A stretch of 59,854 bases of DNA, counting the filler, from Callorhinchus milii (Eukaryota): assembly GCF_018977255.1 (NCBI RefSeq). It is 2 parts of 2 records of this genome, joined end to end, with 100 filler letters (N's around TTAATTAATTAA, not from the genome) between each part and the next. Parts side by side here need not be neighbours in the genome. Positions count along the whole stretch, not along the records: positions 29,999 to 59,854 come from NW_024705642.1; 1 more part is not named here. One strand, written 5' to 3'. Positions 50,050-59,854 of this stretch are shown piece after piece. The notes under the pieces were generated by a model. The model had not been told where the DNA came from. It ran no database searches and saw only the letters and a list, made by a program, of their open reading frames with translations. Numbering within the stretch: position 1 is the first letter of the stretch; every line of letters starts with the position of its first letter. Made by a program: the position numbers and the translations under genes.

Positions 50050-50350
50050 TAATAATTATCTTTGCATTTAATATAGAGCCTTGTCATGTCGATGAGATGT
50101 CTCAAAGTGCTTTGCAGAATATACTGTAAAGTTTAGTGACTGTGTATTGGGGTTGAAACATGGCAGCCAATTGCATGCAGCAGTATCCCACAAACAGCCG
50201 TAGATTGAGTGACCAAGTTTAAAAAAAATTGAGGAATTATTACCACCGGGAAGTGATACACGATCGACTGACAAGCAGGTTCCTATTCACTGCTGGATAA
50301 ACAAATGCATGTGGGTGGAGTAAGGAAACGTGCCGAGGATTCCGCCCTGC
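50050..50350 (-). mobile_element. tRNA/L2-tail SINE (headless)
   Basis: Family body and tail. Confidence 0.75.
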
Positions 50351-50490
50351 TCAGGGGAGATGAGGAGAATTTTTTTTACACAGAGAGTTGTTACGGTCTG
50401 GAGCACAGCCTGAAAGGGTGGAAACAGATTCAACAATAACTTTCAAAAGGGATAGGGATAGGGACCGGAAAAGGAAAACGTTGCAGAGCA

Positions 50491-51278
50491 ATGGGGTAAG
50501 AGCGGGGGAGTGGGACTAGTTGGGGTAAGAGCAGGGGAGTGGGACTAGTTGGGGTAAGAGTGGAGGAGTGGGACTAGTTGGGGTAAGAGCGGGGGGAGTG
50601 GGACTAGTCGGGGTAAGAGCGGGGGGAGTGGGACTAGTTGGGGTAAGAGTGGGGGAGTGGGACTAGTTGGGGTAAGAGCAGGGGAGTGGGACTAGTTGGG
50701 GTAAGAGCGGGGGAGTGGGACTAGTTGGGTAAGAGTGGGGGAGTGGGACTAGTTGGGGTAAGAGCGGGGGGAGTGGGACTAGTTGGGGTAAGAGCGGGGG
50801 GAGTGGGACTAGTTGGGGTAAGAGTGGGGGAGTGGGACTAGTTGGGGTAAAAGCAGGGGAGTGGGACTAGTTGGGGTAAGAGCGGGGGAGTGGGTTTAGT
50901 TGGGGTAAGAGCGGGGAGTGGGAATAGTTGGGGTAAGAGCGGGGGGAGTGGGACTAGTTGGGGTAAGAGCGGGGAGTGGGAATAGTTGGGGTAAGAGCGG
51001 GGGGAGTGGGACTAGTTGGGTAAGAGTGGGGGAGTGGGTTTAGTTGGGGTAAGAGCGGGGAGTGGGAATAGTTGGGGTAAGAGCGGGGGGAGTGGGACTA
51101 GTTGGGGTAAGAGCGGGGGAGTGGGAATAGTTGGGGTAAAAACAGGGGAGTGGGACTAGTTGGGGTAAGAGCGGGGGAGTGGGACTAGTTGGGGTAAAAA
51201 CAGGGGAGTGGGACTAGTTGGGGTAAGAGCGGGGGAGTGGGACTAGTTGGGGTAAGAGCGGAGGGAGTGGGAGTAGTT
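50491..51278. repeat. ~29-bp G-rich minisatellite (GGGGTAAGAGCGGGGGAGTGGGACTAGTT)n inside a CR1 3' end (50355-51335)
   Basis: About 27 tandem units; flanked by CR1 C-terminal coding remnant and GGCCGAATGGCCT. Confidence 0.93.
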
Positions 51279-51839
51279 GTAGCTCTTTCAAAGAGCCGTG
51301 GGCCGAATGGCCTCCTTCTGTGCTGTGAGGTTCGATGACACCAAACAAACCGCTTTTTGTGAAAGCCGAAGTGTCTGTTTGTGAGTCTCTTTCTCCTGTG
51401 ACGGTCAATAAGAGACCGTGTGACCCTCGGCTCTTCAGCGATGGTAACAGTGCTCAGGATGAAGAAGGAGAATCATTTAGTGAATGGAAGTTTTCTATAA
51501 AACATTCACAAAGAAAAACTCTGGAAATAACTGCAGTCGTGGAACTTGAACCAGGCGTTCACCTCAGCTCCAAACAATGAGGATGAACTGAGAGTCATTT
51601 ACAGGTGGTCTCAGTGCCAACAGCTTAGACACAGCTTAAACGGTTCAGTTTACAGTCTCAAGGTGTGTCTCTGGAACTCCATCCTAAGCTTTGCTGTTTC
51701 TCCCCACCTTTAAAGCCCACCTTAAGACATTGCTTTTTGACCAAACTTTTAGTAACCTCCCACCCACCTCAGCTTCCCCCACCCCCCCCACCGTCTCAAC
51801 TCCTCCACCCCCTCGGCTTCCCTTCTCCCCTCAGATCAG

Positions 51840-52075
51840 ACTGTTCGTGGGACAATTACGCACAGCAGCGTCCCACAAACAGTCGTGGATTGAGTGACCA
51901 ATATTATTTTTGAGGGATTATTACTCCTGAGAAGTGATCCGCCAATCGACTAACAACCGGGTTGCTACTCACTGCTGTAAACAGAGGTGTGTGGAGTAAG
52001 GAAACTTGCCTAAGGTTTCCCCTGCCCAGGAATTGAACCCAGGTCCTCTCGCTTGTGAGGTGAGAGCTCTAACCT
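51840..52075 (-). mobile_element. tRNA SINE, partial
   Basis: Family head and body. Confidence 0.8.
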
Positions 52076-52126
52076 CTACATCGCAGAACAGCGCTGGAGA
52101 GCAGTGACCAAGGGAGCGTTGCTGAC

Positions 52127-52645
52127 CTGAATGAGAATATCTGCAGAGAGCTCCGACTTGTCCTGTGTTACACTCGGCATCTGGAGGAAGTGGCTTGGGC
52201 CAGGTTTCCCAGGTTCTTCACTCTCCCCACTTGGGAGGCTCTTCTCTTGAGTTGTGGGAGGTGGAGGGGGAGGTGGGGAGGGGGCTGGGGGGATACGGGG
52301 AGGGGGAGGCTTGTTTGGCTGCTCCTTTAGCCCCAGGATTGGTGTGAGTTTTTGGGAGGGGCTGGGAGAGGTGGTCCGCGTGGTGCTGGCCGGCCTCTTG
52401 TCTTTGTTGGGGTCCCCCCCAGAGGTTTCGTCGTTCACCCCGATCTTGGCCTCCATCATGGAGATCTTGAGGATGTCCGTCTCCAGCAGCTTTTTGGAAG
52501 ACTGCACGGTGTAGTAACTGGTTGAGGTGGCTGCGGCTTTGGCCTCTGAGTTGCCTCCCGTGGCCTTGGTGATGGTGGTGGCCTGACAATTGCCAAACGT
52601 GATCTTGGTGACTGTCGCTCCCTGTGTTATGATGGGCGGCTGTGC
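52127..52645 (-). CDS. EMSY: EMSY penultimate coding exon (519 bp, phase 0/0)
   Basis: CAG| and |GTCAGC boundaries; AQPPIITQGATVTKITF, DILKISMMEAKI and ADILIQ match recalled EMSY motifs. Confidence 0.9.
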
Positions 52646-52749
52646 CTGAAAATGCCAACACAGGCGCTGAAATAACCATAAAACATGGATTGGCAAATAA
52701 ACTCCAGCAAAGCAGCCCTGATCAAGTCTGTGCCACCGGGGGCTCAATC

Positions 52750-53104
52750 TAATAATAATAATCCTGGCATTTGATACAGCTCCTTATCACGTCATTGACA
52801 CGTGTCAAAGCGCTTCACAGAACATACTTTAAAGTGCAGTAACTGTATTTTGTGGGCGAAACGCAGCGGCCAATTGCCCACAGCGACGTCCCACAAACGG
52901 TCGTGGATTGAGTGACTAAATTGTTGTTATTTTTTGAAGAGATTATTAGCCCCGGAAAGTGATCCTCCAATTTGACTAACAACCGGGTTCCTGCTCACTG
53001 CTGTAAACAGAGGCGTGTGGAGTAAGGAAACTTGCCTAAGGTTTCCCCCCGCCCGGGTCCTCTCACTTGTGAGGCGAGTGCTCTAACCACTGAGCTACAG
53101 GACA
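52750..53104 (-). mobile_element. tRNA/L2-tail SINE
   Basis: Full-length family copy. Confidence 0.85.
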
Positions 53105-53617
53105 CCAGAAGACACCATATGACCTCAGGTCTGATCCCAGTAAAACTCATAAGAAGTCAAAATAAATAAATAAATGGGATCAGAATTCTATTGCTATCAC
53201 ATCAGCAATAGGTATAGAAAGGGAATGAAGGACATCCATTGTTTGAAAAAAAAGAGAAAATGATTATCTTATATTTAATACGGATCAATTTCAAGATCTT
53301 CTCACTTGTCATCAAATCCCTTGATGCCCCGGCACCTCCCCACCTCTGACCTGCTGACTCTTCAACCCACCACCCACTGCCTCCGCTCCACCATCAGAGT
53401 CTGCGCTTTCAGCCACTACGCTCCAAAGCTTTGGGCTCTCTTCCCCCAGTCATTCCACCTTGCCCCCCGCTCCCCTTTCATATCGCGACTGAAGACCTTC
53501 CTATTCGACCGTGCTTACGGTCACTTCCCCCCTCCCCCTAGTTTGGCGTCAGGCTCCGGCATTGTTAAGCGCTGAGGGCGCTGTGTAAATGCACGTTGTT
53601 GTTGTTGATAATGTTAC

Positions 53618-54025
53618 CTGCGTGGGTGGCTGCTGCTCAGACGATGTGGGCTGGTGTTTGACGGCTCTCTCGGGCGGCGGCTGTGGGGGTAGGGGCTTTG
53701 TGGGTGGGGCCTGTGTGGGTGGGGGCTGTGTGGGTGTGGGCTGTGGGGGGAGCAGGACCTTGGGAAGCTGTTGTTGAGGTTTCACTGTGATGCCCTGGGG
53801 CACTGCCCCACTCACTGCCTGCAGGGCTGTGGGTTTGCCCTGTACCGCCTCTCGAAGCTGCAGCAATGCTGTGTGTGGGAGCTGAGCGGCTGTGTGCGAC
53901 CTGTAGAACAGGCCTGTCTGAGGGTCCAGCGTGTCGCCATCCTCCACCTCACTGTCTTCAGCCTCGGAGTCCTCACCCGGCTTCGCTGTGCTGCCCCGAG
54001 CAGCTCCCTGTAGCTTTATAGGGAT
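53618..54025 (-). CDS. EMSY: EMSY coding exon (408 bp, phase 0/0)
   Basis: Contains GDTLDPQTGLFYRS; donor |GTAACA; in-frame acceptors give exon starts at 54025 or 54007. Confidence 0.88.
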
Positions 54026-54222
54026 CTGGGTTCACAGGGCAGAGACACAAGTCATCACACACACCTTGCATTTGACACTGTTTGTTAGTAATCTGGATGA
54101 GGTCATTCAGTGCTCCATTGTAGTAATTATCGAACAGTAATACACACACTGACATTTATAGGGTTCCTTTCATATCACGGTCATCCCAAACCATGACACC
54201 TCACTCCTTACAATACAGTAAT

Positions 54223-54606
54223 ATTAATAATCCTGGCATTTGATATAGTGCCTTATCACATCTTCAAGAAATCTCAAAGCACTTCACAGAATATACTGTA
54301 AAGTGTAGTGACTGAATATTTTGTGGGCGAAAAGCTGCAGCCAATTGCACACAGCAGTGTCCCACAAACATGGATTGAGTGACCAAATTATTATCACTAT
54401 TAATTTTTTTTTGAAGAGATTATTATCCCCAGAAAAGTGATCCACCAATCGACTAACAACCGGGTAACAACCGGGTTCCTATTTACTGCTAGTAAACAGA
54501 GGCGTGTGAAGGAAGGAAACTCGCCTAAGGTTTTGCCCTGCCCGGGAATCGAACCTGGGTCCTCTTCTTTGTGAAGCGAGTGCTCTACCCACTACACTAG
54601 AGGATT
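54223..54606 (-). mobile_element. tRNA/L2-tail SINE
   Basis: Full-length family copy. Confidence 0.85.
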
Positions 54607-54691
54607 CCACATACGGTACAAGACTCCTTGCATTCGATACTAACTGTTAGCAATCTGGATGACATCATTCAGATCTCCCATTGCAGCAATA

Positions 54692-55012
54692 TAATAATAA
54701 TAATAATCCTTGCATTTGATATAGCGCTTTTCACGTCGGGAGGACGTCCCAAAGCGCTTCACAGAACACACTGCAAAGCGAATTGACTGTATATTTGTGG
54801 GCGAACGCGGCAGCCAATTGCGCACAGCAATGTCCCACAAACAGTCGTAGATTGAAAATGACCAATTTATTATTGTTTTTGGTTTTGGAGGATTATTATT
54901 AGGCTCTGTGTGGAGTAAGGAAACTTGCCCAAGGTTTCGCCCTCTGCCTGGAATTGAACTCAGGTCTCTCACTTGCAAAGCGAGTGCTCTAACCACTGAG
55001 CTACAGGACTCC
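54692..55012 (-). mobile_element. tRNA/L2-tail SINE, deletion variant copy A
   Basis: Shares the junction GATTATTATTAGGCTCTGTGTGGAG with copies B and C. Confidence 0.9.
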
Positions 55013-55622
55013 TTACAACACAGTAGGATTAATACTCCCATTACTCTGGAATAGTACTGCAATAATAATACGTACTCTGTGTAGACGCAGTACAAGTTGT
55101 CTAATTGATGGCTTATTGTTGTACCAGACGGGACACTGCAGTTTATAGCCAAATGGGACATAGCACTTGTTTTTGCATTGGATATGTCTGAGAAATGTCA
55201 AACGTCCCCAAGTGCTTCACAGGTAATTGCTGGTCAGGTGTGATGATGGCACCTCCCTTAGTGCAACATCCACCGTGGACTGTCAATCTGGACAGCGCCT
55301 CAGTTTCTTGATGTGGGGCTCGAACCCACAACCCTCTGCCCCAGAGGCCAGTCACACCACCACAGCCAAGCTGACATGTATGCATTTTCTTTCACGCTTT
55401 CAGCCACTACAACCTGATTCTGTCACTCTCTCCCTGATCCTTCCGCCGGCCCCCTCCTTCCTCATCATCAGATTCTGCCTCTTCGATCGTGCTTATGGTC
55501 ACCTCCCCTCCCCCCGGCTCGGTGTCGTGCTCCACCGCTGTGAAGTGCTCTGGGACACTGCCCTGCGTGAGGGGCGCTGTGGACATGAAAGTTGTTGTTG
55601 TTGTTCTTTCTCCAGTGATTAC

Positions 55623-55795
55623 CTGCTGCAGAATATGAGCGACTGCGACGGCAGAGGATGAAGGAACTGGCTTCATTACGACAGGCGTCTGTGTGGTGAT
55701 CGGCTTATGCTGGTGGCCAGCAGAGACCAGTGATGTCAGCCCGGCCTCAGCACAACCAACACTCGAACTGCACACTGGGGGCTTGGTGCTTTTCC
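55623..55795 (-). CDS. EMSY: Probable EMSY coding exon (173 bp, phase 1/0)
   Basis: TACAG| acceptor and CAG|GTAATC donor; open frame KSTKPPVCSSS...AVAVAHILQQ, phase-compatible with the next exon. Homology by eye is weak. Confidence 0.7.
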
Positions 55796-55876
55796 CTGTA
55801 TTGACAGGAGAATGAATGGGCGTTAATATTCCATTCCTAGGGTAGTCAAAGATCAGAGGGCACAGTTAGAAGATAG

Positions 55877-56309
55877 TAATAATATCTGCTTTGATATAGC
55901 GCCTTATCACGTCCTTGAGAGGCGACAAAGCACTTCACAGAATATACTGTAAAGTGTAGTGACTGTGTATTTTGTGGGCGAAACGCAGGAGATAATTGTG
56001 TACAGCAGTCAACAACAACAACTTGCATTTATATAGTGCCCTTGATGTGGGGTAGGGTTCTGGAGTACTTGACAGTGGTGGATTCTGATCCCGCCACTGT
56101 CCTACCAACAGTCGTGGATTGAGTGACCAAATTTTTTCCTTTGGAGGGATTATTACCCCTGGAAAGTGATCCACCAATTGGCTAACAATCAAGTTCCTAC
56201 TTAATGCTGTGGAGCAAGGAAACTTACCTAAGGTTTCACCCTGCCCGGGAATCGAACGCAGGTCCTCTCACCTGCGAGGCGAGTGCTCTAACCACTGAGC
56301 TACAGGACT
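55877..56309 (-). mobile_element. tRNA/L2-tail SINE with a small internal insertion
   Basis: Family copy interrupted at ~56010-56095. Confidence 0.78.
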
Positions 56310-56761
56310 GCACAACAGATAGCCACAAGAATAGCAAAAGGAGAACTTAAGGTGTGGGGATAAGGAGAGACAGTGCGATTGATCTCCTTGCTCTATAAGC
56401 CAGTGCAGACTCAATGGCACGAATGGCCTCCTTCTCTGCTGTAGATGTCTCTGCTTCTAATAGAAACATAAGCGAGCCAGCAACACGAGGAAGGCAGCAA
56501 AGAGCTTTACAGGTTTGTTTGTATGTGTCTGTGTGTTTGTGTCTGTCTGTATGTGTGACTGTGTACGCATGCGTATGTCTGTTTGTGTGTGTGCGTGAGT
56601 GTGTCTGTGTGTGTGTGAGTGAGTGTGTGTGTGAGTGTGTCTGTGTGTGTGTATCTGTGTGTGTGCGTGAGTGTGTCTGTAGGTGCATGAGTGTGCCTGT
56701 GTGTGTGTGTGAGTGTGTGTGTGAGTGAGTGTGTGTGTGAGTATGTGTGAGTGTGAGTGTG

Positions 56762-57083
56762 GAGTCCTGTAGCTCAGTGGTTAGAGCACTCGCTTTGCAA
56801 GTGAGAGACCTGAGTTCAATTCCAGGCAGAGGGCGAAACCTTGGGCAAGTTTCCTTACTCCACACAGAGCCTAATAATAATCTCTCCAAAACCAAAAACA
56901 ATAATAAATTGGTCATTTTCAATCTACAACTGTTTGTGGGACATTGCTGTGCGCAATTGGCTGCCGCGTTCGCCCACAAATATACAGTCAATTCACTTTA
57001 CAGTGTGTTCTGTGAAGCGCTTTGGGACGTCCTCCCGACGTGAAAAGCGCTATATCAAGTGCAAGGATTATTATTATTATTAT
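56762..57083 (+). mobile_element. tRNA/L2-tail SINE, deletion variant copy B, within a (TG)n tract (56512-57215)
   Basis: Reverse complement of 54692-55012 with only a handful of differences. Confidence 0.9.
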
Positions 57084-57480
57084 AGTGTGTCTGTGTGTGT
57101 ATGAGCGTGTCTGTGTGTGTGTCTGTGTGTGCGTGTCTGTGTGAGTGTGTCTGTATGAGTGTGTCTCTGTGTGTGTGAGTGTGTCTGTGTGTGAGTTTGT
57201 CTGTGTGTGTGTGCAAACATAATTCAAACAACAAGTCCCATCTCTTTCTCTTCCTACCAGCCTTTATCTCATTTTGTGCTGAAGAGGGAGAGGAAGATGA
57301 GTGGAGCAGGAAGTTTAGTTACGAGCATCAAATAACTGGCAATTTGATGTGGAGAGAAAGGCATTTAGAGGGAGCAGCTGTTTACTGTAACTTCACTAAT
57401 AGATCGCACATAACACGCAAGCCTCAGAAAATGCTCTTCATGGGGAGAAAGTATTTCTGCAACACAACATAAAACCGCAA

Positions 57481-57752
57481 ACTATGTGGTTTAGCTGGTT
57501 AGACTCCAGCAGTTACCCCAATGCACAATTTAGGGTCCCCGAGCCTTGCCTCTTGCCAACCTGCTCCTAATAACAACAACAGCTTGCAATTATACTCACA
57601 GGGACGCTACCTTGCTTGAGGAGCGCTTAAATACTTTTCACAATTAGGTAAGTAGGATCCTTCCCTCCAGAGAGTGTTCATTCCATTCAGTTTGGTCTGG
57701 ATACTCTTAAGCACAGTGATTGGTTTCCTTATGTGTCTGAGACCGGCTGATC
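57481..57752 (+). repeat. Unclassified structured repeat, copy 4 (interrupted at ~57570-57630)
   Basis: TGTGGTTTAGCTGGTTAGACTCCAGCAGTTACCCC ... ACTCTTAAGCACAG. Confidence 0.65.
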
Positions 57753-57854
57753 AAAAAAAAAAATATATACCATTGCAGCTTCGCCTGCAACCAAAGGATC
57801 CGATATGGAATGTAGATTAACACAAAGATTTAACATTTGTCTTTATCTATATTC

Positions 57855-58132
57855 AGTGGGAGGGCTCCTGTGGGAGGACTCTGTGGGAGGACTCTGTGGG
57901 AGGGCTCCTGTAGGAGGACTCAGTGGGAGGGCTCCTGTGGGAGGACTCCTGGGGAGGACTCAGTGGAAGGGCTCTGTGGGAGGACTCAGTGGGAGGGCTC
58001 CTGTGGGAGGGCTCTGTGGTAGGGCTCCTGTGGGAGGACTCAATGGGAGGACTCAGTGGGAGGACTCAGTGGGAGGACTCCTGTGGGAGAACGCAGTGGG
58101 AGGGCTCAGTGGGAGGGCTCCAGTGGGAGGAC
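57855..58132. repeat. 13-14-bp minisatellite (GTGGGAGGACTCA / GTGGGAGGGCTCCT)
   Basis: About 20 tandem units. Confidence 0.9.
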
Positions 58133-58780
58133 ACAGCGCTTTAAAGATGTAATTTTGTTGGTGTTGCTGTGGTTCAGCTTTGTCTGTGTTCTTTGTTTAG
58201 TTCCCGCCGCTTGACTACGTGTGCGCTCAGTGACACACCCGCCACAGCGCCACGGTCAGCCGGTGTGGCCACCAGGTGTACCTGCAGTGTGAGTACATAC
58301 ACATGTGTGCGCTCGGTGACACGATGCCACAGCGCCACGGTCAGCCGGTGTGGCCACCAGGTGTACCTGCAGTGTGTGGGTACATACGTTGGATGCTCTG
58401 TGACACACGATGCCACAGCGCCACTTTGACTCGGTGGCCATCAGGTGTAACTGCAGCAAAAAACGCAAAACTGAAAATAACTCATAAACAACAGGAGATA
58501 CCGGAAAATAAATATGCCCATGTCACTCCCAGTTACCAGACCTTTCCAATGAGGTACAAATCATGTCTCTACGTCAATTGGTTATTGAGATCCTTCTTGA
58601 AGCGCAGACAGACTTTGTTATTTTATTAGTATAAAGAAGATAACACAAAGGTGCATTTCTATGTGGTCCAGAAGAAAAATATTCCCCTCACAATATTCCC
58701 AATCTGGCGCATTGCTGTGTGTACATTGCTCTTTCCAAACCACTCGACTCCTAATAGCAGCAACCATGGAGGTTGGCAAG

Positions 58781-59105
58781 ATAATAATAATAATAATAAT
58801 CCTTGCATTTGATATAGCGCTTTTCACGTCTTCTCGACGTCCCAAAGCGCTTCACAGAACACACTGTAAAGTGAATTGACTGTATATTTGTGGGCGAACG
58901 CGGCAGCTAATTGCGCACAGCAATGTCCCACAAACAGTTCTAGATTGAAAATGACCAATTTATTATTGTTTTGGTTTTGGAGGGATTATTATTAGGCTCT
59001 GTGTGGAGTAAGGAAACTTGCCCAAGGTTTCGCCCTCTGCCTGGAATTGAACTCAGGTCTCTCGCTTGCAAAGCGAGTGCTCTAACCACTGAGCTACAGG
59101 ACTCC
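58781..59105 (-). mobile_element. tRNA/L2-tail SINE, deletion variant copy C
   Basis: Near-identical to copies A and B. Confidence 0.9.
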
Positions 59106-59146
59106 ACAAGTCCACAAGATTATACTATAGTGCACAAAAAAGTTAT

Positions 59147-59358
59147 AATAGTAATCCTTGCATTTGATACAGCGCCTTATCATGTCGTTCAGACGTCTCA
59201 AAGCGATCTGCCGATCACCGAGCGATCGGGTTCCTACTTGCTGCTGAGTAAACAGAGGCGTGTGGAGAAAGGGAACTTGGCCAACATTTCGCTGCCAGGA
59301 ATGAAACTTGTCTCTCGCTTGCGAGGTGAGCGCTTTAACCACTGAGCTACAGGACTCC
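59147..59358 (-). mobile_element. tRNA/L2-tail SINE, internally deleted
   Basis: Tail and head are present; the middle is missing. Confidence 0.75.
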
Positions 59359-59854
59359 ACAAATGTCCGTTGATGGTGAGAGATAATAAGCCGGGGGGCG
59401 GGGGGCGGGGGGCGGGGGGGGGATCTCACATCACTATAAATCCCTGAAGTCATGTGAAGCGGAGAAACAATCAAACTTACAAAAGTATTTCCTGAACGGG
59501 TTTCATTTCTGTAAAATACTTTTCAGTGGAGAGTGAACATTAGGAAGATGCGCAAATATGTTTTTGTTGGTGAGAGGGTTCTGGCAGCAGAAGTAATTAG
59601 TAGTTTCCTCCCCCCCCCCCCCCACATGCTCACCTCTGCTGATGGAAACTCATTTACAGCCCTCATTTTAATTGGGTTTATCACAAACCTCTTTATTTTG
59701 GAGCTACAGCGTCAGCAAACCCGCACCACCAAGAGGGGCTCCATTGTATCTCTATTGGGGTTGTGTGTGGGGGGGGGGGGGTTTGTCTGTGGGGGGTTGT
59801 CTGTGGGGGGGGGGGGGGGGGTTGTCTGTGGGGGGGGGGTTGTCTGTGGGGGGG

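Noticed and set aside
50491..51278. Regular ~29-bp repeats as a CRISPR-like array
   Set aside because: No unique spacers, vertebrate context, and derived from a CR1 3' UTR.
59633..59702. Further upstream EMSY exon (TAG acceptor, GAG|GTGAGC donor)
   Set aside because: The open frame is phase-incompatible with the phase-1 start of exon 55623-55795, and no EMSY motif was recognised.

Overview
Repeat-rich vertebrate genomic DNA made of two unrelated-looking segments joined by an artificial 100-bp spacer (44 N + TTAATTAATTAA + 44 N, 29899-29998). The left segment (1-29898) is a transposon nest. It holds a cluster of non-autonomous Helitrons that all carry the same RTE-clade LINE fragment as cargo, a decayed RepHel-coding Helitron, Penelope-like pseudo-LTRs with minimal hammerhead ribozymes (including a ~330-bp palindrome with two ribozymes), hAT and Tigger/pogo MITEs, a solo LTR, a 21-bp satellite, and a six-finger C2H2 zinc-finger gene with a 1-bp frameshift plus a decayed paralog. 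The right segment (29999-59854) has a cartilaginous-fish-like repeat landscape (dense tRNA-head/L2-tail SINEs, Deu-domain SINEs, CR1 and L2 LINEs, G-rich minisatellites). It contains the last four coding exons of EMSY on the minus strand. Main leads: hammerhead cores with compensatory stem II changes, Helitron-mediated amplification of LINE cargo, a Helitron-derived satellite, three near-identical SINEs in inverted arrangement around an EMSY exon, and an unclassified structured repeat. Family and taxon assignments come from motif recognition only; no searches were run.
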